Sequence record: PZ179882.1
Length of the DNA: 64,000 bases
Direction: 5' to 3' (one strand)
Source: a phage
Below are positions 1-9,393 of the stretch, in pieces (the first letter of the stretch is position 1; every line of letters begins with the position of its first letter). The notes beneath the pieces are model-generated. The model saw only the letters and a list, made by a program, of their open reading frames with translations. It was not told where the DNA came from and searched no databases. Both the position numbers and the translations under genes were made by a program.

Positions 1-410
1 CCACGCTCAATAGCTTCAAGCTGATTCACCATATCAATTTTTAGCTGTTCAACTGACTGAATTGGCGTATGAATTACTCGTTCCGGGTCAACTCCCATGG
101 ATCGCAAATAAGCTGGAGTAATACCAAATTCGCTATCATAGAATAGACAAACCGCGTCAGGATATTTGTTCAAATATGCCGCAACCATAGTCAAAGACAT
201 ATTTGATTTAAAGTGTTTAGAAGGCCCTGCGAAAATAGTTAAACCAGACTGCATACCGCCATCAATCGCACCAGAAATAGCAATATTAAGCATTGGAATT
301 TTTGTACGAATTACATCCTTTTCATTAAAGAATTTAGATGTAGTCAGTTCAGCAGTCATTTTAGAAGTGGAAGCTTTAATCAAACGGGATTTTAAATCTG
401 CAATAGACAT
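1..410 (-). CDS. uvsX: UvsX RecA-like recombinase, N-terminal part (gene runs off the window start)
   Basis: Minus-strand translation from ATG at 410 gives MSIADLKSRLIKASTSKMTAELT..., matching my recollection of the T4 UvsX N-terminus; no stop before position 1. Not in the ORF track because it is truncated. Confidence 0.8.
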   Translation of the reverse strand, partial: MSIADLKSRLIKASTSKMTAELTTSKFFNEKDVIRTKIPMLNIAISGAIDGGMQSGLTIFAGPSKHFKSNMSLTMVAAYLNKYPDAVCLFYDSEFGITPAYLRSMGVDPERVIHTPIQSVEQLKIDMVNQLEAIER

Positions 411-487
411 TCATTTTTTCCATAGGCATCATTATATTTTCCTCACTGGTTAAAGATAGAGTAATTATAACACAATAAATTTAGGCA

Positions 488-1336
488 TTAATCAACTGCT
501 ATTGGATGAATAGCATTAAACTTATGAAATGCTTCTGATTTTTCTTTACGCGAAACACACATGCGAAGAACCTTTAATGGCTCGTCTTCTTCACCCAACG
601 ATTTTCGTTTTTCAATATTCGATGTTTTCCAACGAGCTTGCTCTGGAAACTCTCTATTGATTTGCTCAAGCGCTCTATTATGTTTAGAATTACTACGAAT
701 TGAACTACACCCGCCAGGAGCTTGTGCTTTTCCAGATACAACTAGATATTTGAACAAGGCCAAATGCGGATAACCTTGATTAATTAAATTGAGAAATGCA
801 TACATATCTTCGCATAAATCAATTTTTCCATACCCAATTTGTTCTGTCGTAAGTTTTCCGAGGTCATACCATGTATTCGTGAATCCATATGAATTTTCAC
901 GATAATTACCCCAAGATGAAGTAATTTTAAAAATTGGTAGACGAGCATGACCGTGATAATACCCGCAATCCATGGCATCTTCAACATATTGAATCAATTC
1001 ATAGAACTGTTCACGAGTTAATTGATTAATTTTATCTACGCGCCGTTTATCGTCTCTCTTTCGTATTGAACTCATACGGATAGTAGTATCATCGTCAATC
1101 ATCCAGATTCGTTGACCTGCATACATATCAGTAATTGCTTTACGAGTACCGGCAATTCCGTTTACATCATCAGGAATAGTTATAATTTTAGCTCTAGACC
1201 CATAGGCATCATAATAAGCTTTTTCTTCATGTTCACGCACTACAATATGGGGTTCATAATCAGTCGGAAACATATCAAGGGCAGAAACTGCCCCGACACG
1301 CTGATAACTTGGAATTACGAATTGAATCATTTCCAC
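488..1336 (-). CDS. DNA glycosyltransferase at the position T4 uses for beta-gt (possibly beta-alpha-gt type as in T2/T6)
   Basis: 282 aa ORF between uvsX and gene 42; contains a DDD motif (IWMIDDDTTI); size does not match the 351-aa T4 beta-gt. Function is inferred from position and motif only. Confidence 0.45.
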   Translation of the reverse strand: MEMIQFVIPSYQRVGAVSALDMFPTDYEPHIVVREHEEKAYYDAYGSRAKIITIPDDVNGIAGTRKAITDMYAGQRIWMIDDDTTIRMSSIRKRDDKRRVDKINQLTREQFYELIQYVEDAMDCGYYHGHARLPIFKITSSWGNYRENSYGFTNTWYDLGKLTTEQIGYGKIDLCEDMYAFLNLINQGYPHLALFKYLVVSGKAQAPGGCSSIRSNSKHNRALEQINREFPEQARWKTSNIEKRKSLGEEDEPLKVLRMCVSRKEKSEAFHKFNAIHPIAVD

Positions 1337-2067
1337 TCACCTTTATAGTCTTTTTTCACAATATGAGTTTCGCCAGTATTCCACCAATGATCAACCAAGT
1401 AAAAATGACGAGAATATACATGAAGACTTCCGACATTCCATATAATAGAACCTGCTTTATACTGACGAGTTGAATCGCCTGCATTCAAATCAGATACTAA
1501 TTTATCTAATACGTATTTTTGCCATGCATAATCATTACGGAATCCGAAGACCACGTCATTTGAGCGCATGCTTACTACTGCATTGACTTTCTTATCACGA
1601 ATCAGGTACTGTACTGTATTAGTACACATGAAATCTGACATACCATCTTTATTGTAATCAAATTGCATGGATGGACGAGTATAAATCATGATACCACGTC
1701 GAGAATCAGGATTTTGACCAAGTTCAGCTAAACACATATCATACTGGGCATAGTTATCTTCTGACCAGATGGCCCAACCATAATTCGAGTTAATTTCGCC
1801 TTTAGAAGATGCTACCTGCTGCCAAATCTTTGGTGTTTCACCTGGAATATCTTTAACAAACAAACTCTTAGATTTATACCATTCAAGTTCACGCTGAATG
1901 TATTCATCATTAAGAGCGCCAAAAATAAACGGTTCATCTGCTACAAATGATGCGCCAATAATTTCAATAGTTTTAACACCAGTTTTATCAATTACGAAAT
2001 CTTTTTCCTTTAATGCAGTTCCCAAATAAAAACGGATTTCTTCAACTGTCATAGAGTCACTAATCAT
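1327..2067 (-). CDS. 42: dCMP hydroxymethylase
   Basis: 246 aa starting MISDSMTVEEIRFYLG, recalled T4 gp42 sequence and length. Confidence 0.93.
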   Translation of the reverse strand: MISDSMTVEEIRFYLGTALKEKDFVIDKTGVKTIEIIGASFVADEPFIFGALNDEYIQRELEWYKSKSLFVKDIPGETPKIWQQVASSKGEINSNYGWAIWSEDNYAQYDMCLAELGQNPDSRRGIMIYTRPSMQFDYNKDGMSDFMCTNTVQYLIRDKKVNAVVSMRSNDVVFGFRNDYAWQKYVLDKLVSDLNAGDSTRQYKAGSIIWNVGSLHVYSRHFYLVDHWWNTGETHIVKKDYKGEWK

Positions 2068-2220
2068 TTAAACCTCAATTGATACATTCATATTTAACTT
2101 GTAACAGTAATAAACCCCAACCTAAAATAATAGTTGGAATCATAAGAGGAACCGTTACACTATAGTATATACTTATTATAATCATCAAGATTAAAAGCAA
2201 TGCTGTTATAATTTTGCTTT

Positions 2221-2472
2221 TCATTCCTTCTCTCTGATGATAATTACCTGATTTGGCTGCGCAGACTTTTTAGTTTCACCTGCAATTGACCAAATAAATG
2301 TAATAAACCAACCAATAATTGACCAGTTAAACAGCAAAGATGTGAAAAAGATTCCTACTGTCGATTTTGACCCACGCATCAAAGCAATAAACCATGGAAG
2401 CATGTATATAATAATAGCCAACACACCTGAAACTAAAACCATAAAAATTGAACCTGCTACTAAAGTTTCCAT
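2221..2472 (-). CDS. imm: superinfection immunity membrane protein Imm
   Basis: 83 aa, two hydrophobic segments, located between 42 and 43 as in T4. Confidence 0.8.
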   Translation of the reverse strand: METLVAGSIFMVLVSGVLAIIIYMLPWFIALMRGSKSTVGIFFTSLLFNWSIIGWFITFIWSIAGETKKSAQPNQVIIIREKE

Positions 2473-2479
2473 ATTTTCC

Positions 2480-2860
2480 TCACTTAGTCAAATTTTTTAC
2501 ACATGAATTATAAGAATTCACTACATACTCCATCGGAGCATTTTTACCAGTACGCCATTGGTAATTATTGGCCCAATTAGCCCAAAGCTCGGCGCAGTAG
2601 TTTTCAATTTTTTCTTCGCGTGTAATTACATCCGAATTACGATATGCTTGAGCAGATTCATCTGGACGAATAGCTTCGTCAAAATTCGCCTGCATTTGTT
2701 CGACTGTTTGCTTTGGAGCTTCTTTATAACACTTGACATTAGGATTATAAAATTTGCTTGAACAGTTTACAATTTTTCCTGCATCAGACTGATTTACTAC
2801 CGGTCCTTGAGCTACACAACCAGTAAGACCTAATGCAATAACCAAAATAGCGATTTTCAT
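2480..2860 (-). CDS. putative lipoprotein
   Basis: 126 aa, N-terminus MKIAILVIALGLTGC resembles a lipoprotein signal peptide with lipobox Cys. Confidence 0.5.
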   Translation of the reverse strand: MKIAILVIALGLTGCVAQGPVVNQSDAGKIVNCSSKFYNPNVKCYKEAPKQTVEQMQANFDEAIRPDESAQAYRNSDVITREEKIENYCAELWANWANNYQWRTGKNAPMEYVVNSYNSCVKNLTK

Positions 2861-2870
2861 AATAATTTCC

Positions 2871-3119
2871 TCAAATGCAAGTAGTAATTACTCCAGTAGT
2901 GCTTATGCAGGTATTACCCATTTGCACACCTAAAGATCCATTTGTATTCACATGAAGATTATCATCAATTTTAACTGATATTTTACCATTAGTGTGAATA
3001 ATAGTATTAGATTCAATCACAGGTTGAGTATCATTTTCAACACTAACAAATGGAACTGCTGCTAATGCAACTAAACAAACTGCTAAGCAACCCATAACAA
3101 TTTTCATTTTATTCTCCAA
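2871..3119 (-). CDS. small secreted or membrane protein
   Basis: 82 aa with hydrophobic N-terminal signal-like segment; directly downstream of an early promoter. Confidence 0.45.
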   Translation of the reverse strand: MENKMKIVMGCLAVCLVALAAVPFVSVENDTQPVIESNTIIHTNGKISVKIDDNLHVNTNGSLGVQMGNTCISTTGVITTCI

Positions 3120-3139
3120 ATCCGTATTAGTTGATAGTT

Positions 3140-3171
3140 GTATAGTACCATGGAAGAACAGTCTTGTAAAC
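3140..3171 (-). promoter_or_regulatory. T4-type early promoter
   Basis: Minus strand reads GTTTACA, 17-nt spacer, TACTAT; same architecture recurs upstream of many minus-strand genes. Confidence 0.55.
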
Positions 3172-3287
3172 AGTTTTGTGAAAATTTTTTAGGGAATTCT
3201 AAAGGTCCAGAATCATCTGTTTTTCATAAGTATAGATTTATATTACTTGTATGAAAAAGGGACCCGGAGGTCCCTAGATTTATTCTA

Positions 3288-5984
3288 TCAGCCAAACAGG
3301 AAGTCTAACGAAGCTTTTTCTTCATAGTCCATGCCAGCCGATTCACACATACCCGCAAGCGGTTTAACAAACGATTTTTGGAACAAAGTTGAGTGGTCAA
3401 TCCAAGATAGCACATCAGAACGAATTTCTTTTGGAAGTTCTGTACCCGATGGCCAAGCAATGCACTTGTCACCAAATGGATTTCCTTCACGTAATGGAAG
3501 AACCATTACTTTATTTCCATCCAAAATTGGAGCTACACCCAGACCACTAACAGCTCGACGATAAGTTAGCACACCGCGAATATGGAACGGGCATTTAAAT
3601 CCTGGCCAACCTTTATCATCATATTTAGCTATATCGTTCGCAGTTTTTACTTCAGCAATAACTTTATAGTCAAGTTGACGATATTCTTTCTCGAAGTTCT
3701 TGTAATATTCTTGGACAGACTCTTCACCTTCCTGAAGAATACGACGAATACTTTCTTCGAGAGCTTCTTGCACTGCTTTTGGTGTTGAACTCTGCTGAGT
3801 TTCCATACCCATGATTTTTAGATGCGGTTCAGCAAATCGTTTATCTTCCATATCATAAACGTTCAGAGCATAACGCTTTTTCGCTTTCCAAAATCCACCA
3901 ACACCCTTTGAACCAAGTGGAGGGCAAGAAATAGCTTCACGGTCCATATGCATCAGATGCTCGCGGTTATTCATATAATCACATAACTCACGATATGCAA
4001 CATCAATCATAGGTTCCATCTTTTTCTTACCGAACTGATTCATGAATTCAACTAAATCGTTCTGCTCTTTGAATCGGTCAAGACCAACTTTTTCAATAAC
4101 TTTATCTACACAAACATATACCGAATCAGTATCACCTGCTGCAATGAAATCTTCGCCATTAGTTCCGCATACTTTATTCAGATATTCATTAATTTTACGA
4201 GCAATCCACTGAATACCAACTTGGCCGAAAATTGTGATAGCAGTAGCATTTCGCAAATCATAGTAACGGAAATGAATATTACCAAGAGCACCATAAAGAC
4301 TGTTAATAAGAATTTTACGGTTCAGCTGATTTGTATTAGCAAGTGTAGCTGCTTTTTCACATTCTTCAATCAAACTATTGAGAACAGATTCAGTATAATT
4401 CGATAGTTCATTTAAGAAATCATCACTGAACTTAACATATCGTTCAACTTCAGGTTTAGTTGAACAAGACCCTGCGCCTTTCATAATAATCTTTTTAATA
4501 GCTTCGGCATTCATTTCTTCAGCGAACATTTTCTTTTTCCAGTCTTTACGCTGGAAAAATACTTTAGCGATTTCCTTTGGAATGATACCTTCTTGATGCT
4601 TATCATACATCCATCCATTCGGAGAACAAGAATATTCATCACTCGGTTTAGGAGCTGTTCCTGCGATATATTCATGAATTGGATGAACTTTAAACTGACC
4701 ACGAATAGTCTCAGGACTAATGTTAACCTGACGAATAATGCTCGGATACAGAGACGTCAAGTCAAAACTCATAATATATCGACGAGCAATTGGTTTAGGT
4801 TCAAATACAAATGCACCTGGAAAACTCTGTTTAACGTGCGAACCTTGTTGAGGAATAACCTTATGTTCACCTTTCAATGAGTTAAAAATAATAGCATCCC
4901 AAGTTTTAATAGGACTCATTACACCGGAAAAAGGCATTTTAGCATAATAAGACATACTTAAAACTAGATCGATAAACCCGCGAATTTTATCAATTGCTTG
5001 AACTGATTCTACGTCAATGATGTTATAACTAATGTATCGTTGATGATTAGTCTCACGAAGTTTATTAATAGGACCGTCGTATGGTAATTTACCTTTTTTG
5101 GTTTCATGTTGAGCAACTGATTCCAAAGAGAATGATGGCAAATTAGTAAATGCGAATTTTTTGTACAAATCTAAATAATCAAGAATAGATACGCCATCAA
5201 TAGAATAAATTTCTTTGCTACCGTACATATTTTGAATTAGTTTAGATTTTACTCGACCGATTGGGGAGAAGCGTTTCATACTACGTTCACCGAGAACCAT
5301 TTTAACACGATTCATGATATACGGAACGTCAAATCCCTCAATATTCCAACCGGTAAAAATAGCAGGTCGTTTCTGTTCCCAGAGATTAATATATTCCATG
5401 AGCATATCACGCTCATTATCAAATGGCATATAAATTACTCGGTCAAGAATTTCTTGAGGAACTTCATCACCACCTTCACAGTCAAGCTTAGCAGCTAACT
5501 TTGCATCCCATTTTGATACTGAACCGTACATTGAATTCAAAAGGTCGAAAACATAAAAACGATCATCAATTGAATCGTAATGAGTGATAGCATCAATTTC
5601 ATATTCAGCTTTCATTGGGTCAGGAAATTTATCACCAGTAACCTCAATGTCACAGTTAGCTACACGAACAAATTTTCGGTCATAAACAATTTCTGAACCA
5701 TACGTATCACTGATATAAGCGAGTTTAAAATCGTTCATACCGAGAGCTTCGAGACCGATGTCTTCCATTCGCTTCATCCAATCTCGAGCATCTTTCATTG
5801 ATGGAAATTTTTGAGGAGCGCAGTTTTTACCGTAGATGTCTTTGTATTTTGACTCTTCCTTACAATGCCTAAACATAGTTGGAAGATATTCTACTTCACG
5901 AGTACGTTCCTTTCCGTTTTCATCAATATAACGTTCAACAATATTATTTCCGACTGTTTCGATAGAGATATAAAATTCTTTCAT
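3288..5984 (-). CDS. 43: DNA polymerase gp43 (family B)
   Basis: 898 aa, begins MKEFYISIETVGNNIVERYIDENGKERTREVEYLPTMFRH, recalled T4 gp43 sequence and length. Confidence 0.97.
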   Translation of the reverse strand: MKEFYISIETVGNNIVERYIDENGKERTREVEYLPTMFRHCKEESKYKDIYGKNCAPQKFPSMKDARDWMKRMEDIGLEALGMNDFKLAYISDTYGSEIVYDRKFVRVANCDIEVTGDKFPDPMKAEYEIDAITHYDSIDDRFYVFDLLNSMYGSVSKWDAKLAAKLDCEGGDEVPQEILDRVIYMPFDNERDMLMEYINLWEQKRPAIFTGWNIEGFDVPYIMNRVKMVLGERSMKRFSPIGRVKSKLIQNMYGSKEIYSIDGVSILDYLDLYKKFAFTNLPSFSLESVAQHETKKGKLPYDGPINKLRETNHQRYISYNIIDVESVQAIDKIRGFIDLVLSMSYYAKMPFSGVMSPIKTWDAIIFNSLKGEHKVIPQQGSHVKQSFPGAFVFEPKPIARRYIMSFDLTSLYPSIIRQVNISPETIRGQFKVHPIHEYIAGTAPKPSDEYSCSPNGWMYDKHQEGIIPKEIAKVFFQRKDWKKKMFAEEMNAEAIKKIIMKGAGSCSTKPEVERYVKFSDDFLNELSNYTESVLNSLIEECEKAATLANTNQLNRKILINSLYGALGNIHFRYYDLRNATAITIFGQVGIQWIARKINEYLNKVCGTNGEDFIAAGDTDSVYVCVDKVIEKVGLDRFKEQNDLVEFMNQFGKKKMEPMIDVAYRELCDYMNNREHLMHMDREAISCPPLGSKGVGGFWKAKKRYALNVYDMEDKRFAEPHLKIMGMETQQSSTPKAVQEALEESIRRILQEGEESVQEYYKNFEKEYRQLDYKVIAEVKTANDIAKYDDKGWPGFKCPFHIRGVLTYRRAVSGLGVAPILDGNKVMVLPLREGNPFGDKCIAWPSGTELPKEIRSDVLSWIDHSTLFQKSFVKPLAGMCESAGMDYEEKASLDFLFG

Positions 5985-6043
5985 AGATATTCCTTAGTTT
6001 ATAGCCCGAGTTATTAGGCTCTTGATATATTATACTCCAAATA

Positions 6044-6059
6044 AGGGGCCGAAGCCCCT
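6044..6059 (-). terminator. CUUCGG tetraloop hairpin downstream of regA
   Basis: Plus strand aggggccgaagcccct; the minus-strand transcript forms a GC stem closing a UUCG loop. Confidence 0.4.
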
Positions 6060-6062
6060 TGC

Positions 6063-6431
6063 TTAATTACCAATCGTATATTTGGGAACGAGTTTCCATT
6101 CATGTTTTTGTTTAAAAGAAATAACTCGGAAGTTATTAGTTAAATCTTTCATAAAAGTTCTTTGACCAGGAACGATTTCAATCAGTCCCCAATCTTCTAA
6201 CAGCCATGCAATCGAATCACGACGAACTTCATCTTCTTCTGTCATTTCAACTTGACGGCCATCCATACGAAGCATTTCTTTAAAATGAACGATATAGTAT
6301 AGTCCTTTTTTCTGGAGAATATGACAGGATTGATACAGAACTTTATCTTTATTATTAGCAATTCCCATGCGAGTCAAGGTTTCTTTAACTTTCAGAAAAT
6401 CTTCAGGTTTTTTAAGAGTAATTTCAATCAT
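6063..6431 (-). CDS. regA: translational repressor RegA
   Basis: 122 aa, position between 43 and 62 and size as in T4. Confidence 0.85.
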   Translation of the reverse strand: MIEITLKKPEDFLKVKETLTRMGIANNKDKVLYQSCHILQKKGLYYIVHFKEMLRMDGRQVEMTEEDEVRRDSIAWLLEDWGLIEIVPGQRTFMKDLTNNFRVISFKQKHEWKLVPKYTIGN

Positions 6432-6432
6432 T

Positions 6433-6996
6433 TTACCATTCCAATGCTAGTTTTTTGAGTTGTTTCTGTTCTTTTACGTTCTTAGTCACTTCTTTCAAAA
6501 AATCATCCGTGACTAAACCTTTTAGTTCTTTTAATACTAAAGGAAGTTTTCCATTTTTAGTAAGAATTGATTTATAGTTAATTGCATCATTTGTATTAAC
6601 TTGATACCGCTTAGCAAGTAACTTAATAATCAATACTTCAGTAGAATCTTCAACCAGTTTTGCCCATTTACCATATCTTTTACCCCGAGGAACAGCAGCC
6701 ATCAGATAATTAAAATGGGCTTCATCGCTTAAACCTGATCCAATTAAATTCATAGCATATACAGCTGGCATGCACTCAGGAAATTGTGATAATGCATTCT
6801 CAACCATGTATTTTGAATAATCTTTTTGAGCAATAGAGCATTTAGTTTTATTATTAATAGCTCCAATTATTTCAAAAAACTCATTTTCAGCTTTTTCTTT
6901 AAAAGAATCAGCAGCGGATTGGACAGCTGTCCAATCTTTTGAATACCAAGCAACTTGATGCTCGTTTAATTGAATATCATCTTCAAATAAGCTCAT
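6433..6996 (-). CDS. 62: clamp loader small subunit gp62
   Basis: ORF track gives 194 aa; internal Met [18 protein letters not shown] matches the recalled T4 gp62 start, giving 187 aa. Confidence 0.88.
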   Translation of the reverse strand: MSLFEDDIQLNEHQVAWYSKDWTAVQSAADSFKEKAENEFFEIIGAINNKTKCSIAQKDYSKYMVENALSQFPECMPAVYAMNLIGSGLSDEAHFNYLMAAVPRGKRYGKWAKLVEDSTEVLIIKLLAKRYQVNTNDAINYKSILTKNGKLPLVLKELKGLVTDDFLKEVTKNVKEQKQLKKLALEW

Positions 6997-6997
6997 A

Positions 6998-7957
6998 TCA
7001 CTTCCACTGCATTTCACATGCCAATTGAATGAAAAGATATGCTAAATGTAATTCAGTATTAGCCGCAATTCCATGATACTGGTTATTTTCACCAACAATT
7101 TCATACATACGAATAATACTTTGCGGAGTTACGCGTGTATAGATTTCTTCGGCAAGTTTACCTACGAACCACGAATAATCAGCTGCATATTTTGGTGCTA
7201 AAGCTCTGAGCTGTTTAACATCTTTATTTTTGAGAGACTCAAGAACATCATCAATAGCACCACGATCGTTAGTAACCAGTGATAAAATACCAGCATCCAA
7301 AACACCTTTAGATGAATAACTATCGAGCTCGCCAATAGTTTTACGAAAATCAGGAAAATTCTTTTTAACCAAAGCTGCTACAACTTTCATATCAGCTATA
7401 GCAATTCCTTCACGCTTGCAGATTTCAGTCAATCGACGAATCATCTGCTTCATCATTTCAATTTTATCTTCATCGGTCGGTTGACCGAACGTAATAACTC
7501 GGCAGCGTGACTGAAGCGGTTTAATAATACCATCAATATTGTTAGCAGTAATAATAATACTACAGTTTGAACTATAAGCTTCCATAAAGGAACGAAGATG
7601 TCGCTGAGACTCTGCTAATCCTGAACGGTCAAATTCATCAATGACGATTACTTTTTGACGACCATCAAATGAAGCGGCGCTGGCAAAATTAGTCAAAGGA
7701 CCGCGAACGAAATCAATTTTACAATCTGATCCATTCACAAACATCATATCAGCATTTACATCATGACACAATGCTTTTGCTACAGTTGTTTTACCTGTTC
7801 CTGGAGAAGGAGAATGAAGAATAATATGTGGAATCTTACCTTTACTTGTAATAGATTTAAAGGTTTCTTTATCAAAGGCGGGAAGAATACATTCATCGAT
7901 AGTAGATGGACGATATTTCTGTTCAAGAATGTGTTCTTTTTCATTTACAGTAATCAT
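6998..7957 (-). CDS. 44: clamp loader ATPase gp44
   Basis: Starts [27 protein letters not shown] at the internal Met, Walker [11 protein letters not shown]; about 319 aa. Confidence 0.93.
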   Translation of the reverse strand: MITVNEKEHILEQKYRPSTIDECILPAFDKETFKSITSKGKIPHIILHSPSPGTGKTTVAKALCHDVNADMMFVNGSDCKIDFVRGPLTNFASAASFDGRQKVIVIDEFDRSGLAESQRHLRSFMEAYSSNCSIIITANNIDGIIKPLQSRCRVITFGQPTDEDKIEMMKQMIRRLTEICKREGIAIADMKVVAALVKKNFPDFRKTIGELDSYSSKGVLDAGILSLVTNDRGAIDDVLESLKNKDVKQLRALAPKYAADYSWFVGKLAEEIYTRVTPQSIIRMYEIVGENNQYHGIAANTELHLAYLFIQLACEMQWK

Positions 7958-7991
7958 AATTTCCTCATTCAAGTTTTAGTGTAAATTATAA

Positions 7992-8005
7992 AGGGCCGAA
8001 GCCCT
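7992..8005 (-). terminator. CUUCGG hairpin downstream of gene 45
   Basis: Plus strand agggccgaagccct; followed on the minus strand by a U-rich run. Confidence 0.45.
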
Positions 8006-8008
8006 CTA

Positions 8009-8695
8009 TTAAAAGTCGTGGGTAGAATCGGCTTCAAGAGCTACTACATAATTCGCGTGTTCACCTTCAAATTTAGCAGCACCTTGTTTACCTTTTGCCC
8101 AGAGCAGAAGTTTATAATTTCCTGGTTGCATTTTCATATTTGCCATATTGATAATGAAATTAAATGTATTTTCACCATCATAATCACCAAGAGTCAAAGA
8201 ATATTTAACACGGGTCAAAGCAGAATCTTCTACTTTATTAAAACCGTTAATTACGATTTTACCTTCTTTTACTGTGATAGCAATTGTATCAATCTGCAGA
8301 CCACGAGATACACGCAACAGTTGTTGAAGGTCTTCAGCTTTAATTTCAGTAACAACAGATGCTACCGGGAATGGAATTGGTTTATTAGGAGCAACTACTG
8401 TACTCGGATCGGCTGCTGGCCAAAAAATTGTTGAGCGGGCATCAGCAATTTTAATATTTCCATCTTCTGACTGGGAAATTTCTGCATCATCATTAACTAG
8501 AGACAGAATACCGAGAAAACCGTTCAAATCGTAAATTGCTACATCAAAATCAATAACGTCAGAAATATTTGCTTCCGCATAAGTTGTACCATTAACTGCG
8601 CGAGTCATAATAAATTGACCGGATTTAAGCATAATACCAGAGTTAATAGTAGCGAAATTTTTAAGCAGAGCAGTAGTATCTTTAGACAGTTTCAT
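8009..8695 (-). CDS. 45: sliding clamp gp45
   Basis: 228 aa starting MKLSKDTTALLKNFATINSGIMLKSGQFIMTRAVNGTTYAEANISD, recalled T4 gp45. Confidence 0.93.
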   Translation of the reverse strand: MKLSKDTTALLKNFATINSGIMLKSGQFIMTRAVNGTTYAEANISDVIDFDVAIYDLNGFLGILSLVNDDAEISQSEDGNIKIADARSTIFWPAADPSTVVAPNKPIPFPVASVVTEIKAEDLQQLLRVSRGLQIDTIAITVKEGKIVINGFNKVEDSALTRVKYSLTLGDYDGENTFNFIINMANMKMQPGNYKLLLWAKGKQGAAKFEGEHANYVVALEADSTHDF

Positions 8696-8750
8696 GTAAT
8701 TTCCTTCAATTCAAATGAGATTTAATTTTATAACTAATTTAATAAAGCAA

Positions 8751-9140
8751 TTAACGATTAAAATCAGCTGCGATTGTTTCGGCAACAATTTGAGCGGCAA
8801 CAATCAGACGTTCATCTGCATTGCCACAATATTCATCTTCAAGGCGTTCACCACATGAAGTCATAATAAATTTAGCACCAGCGTTTAGGGATTCTGTAGT
8901 ATGTTTGCGCATTAGTTCAATCCATTTATTACTTACTTCACGATCGATAGCTTCATAATACGCATGACGAGCAGGTGCAGATTTAATTTTATTCTGAATA
9001 ACTTCCATCGCGTTATCAGAAAGAGACAAAACCCATGCTCGACGAATTTTATTTTGGTTTTGCGGATTTGATTCAGAACGCACGTGTTTTGGCTGAATAT
9101 CTTTTACATCAACAGTATAATTCACAGTAATTTTAGTCAT
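8751..9140 (-). CDS. rpbA: RNA polymerase binding protein RpbA
   Basis: 129 aa at the T4 rpbA position between 45 and 46; assignment mainly positional. Confidence 0.6.
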   Translation of the reverse strand: MTKITVNYTVDVKDIQPKHVRSESNPQNQNKIRRAWVLSLSDNAMEVIQNKIKSAPARHAYYEAIDREVSNKWIELMRKHTTESLNAGAKFIMTSCGERLEDEYCGNADERLIVAAQIVAETIAADFNR

Positions 9141-9149
9141 AATACACCT

Positions 9150-9338
9150 TTAGTCATAATAATCAGTAACAGTCCAAGCTTCATTCCTGTTGGACATTAT
9201 TTTCGTATATTCTGATTTAAATGCATTCTTAAGCATAGATTCAGTAACTATATGCTCTTCATTAGAAAAATTATTTCTCAGAATATATCGTTTTATTTCA
9301 GGAATAGTTAATAGATGCTGTCCAGTTGAATATTCCAT
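9150..9338 (-). CDS. hypothetical protein (45.2-like)
   Basis: 62 aa ORF between rpbA and gene 46. Confidence 0.45.
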   Translation of the reverse strand: MEYSTGQHLLTIPEIKRYILRNNFSNEEHIVTESMLKNAFKSEYTKIMSNRNEAWTVTDYYD

Positions 9339-9393
9339 GTTTTTCCTCCATAGAGATTATACTCTAATAAATTAAAGCATAATCTCTTATAAA

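Noticed and set aside
166-453. Plus-strand 95-aa ORF
   Set aside because: Lies antisense inside the uvsX coding region; uvsX is strongly supported on the minus strand.
3305-4880. Several short ORFs on both strands inside gene 43 (3305-3490, 3331-3564, 3582-3788, 4221-4406, 4511-4702, 4593-4880)
   Set aside because: All are embedded in or antisense to the 898-aa DNA polymerase ORF; AT-rich sequence produces such ORFs by chance.
8018-8434. Plus-strand 138-aa ORF
   Set aside because: Antisense to gp45; low-complexity translation with no start context.
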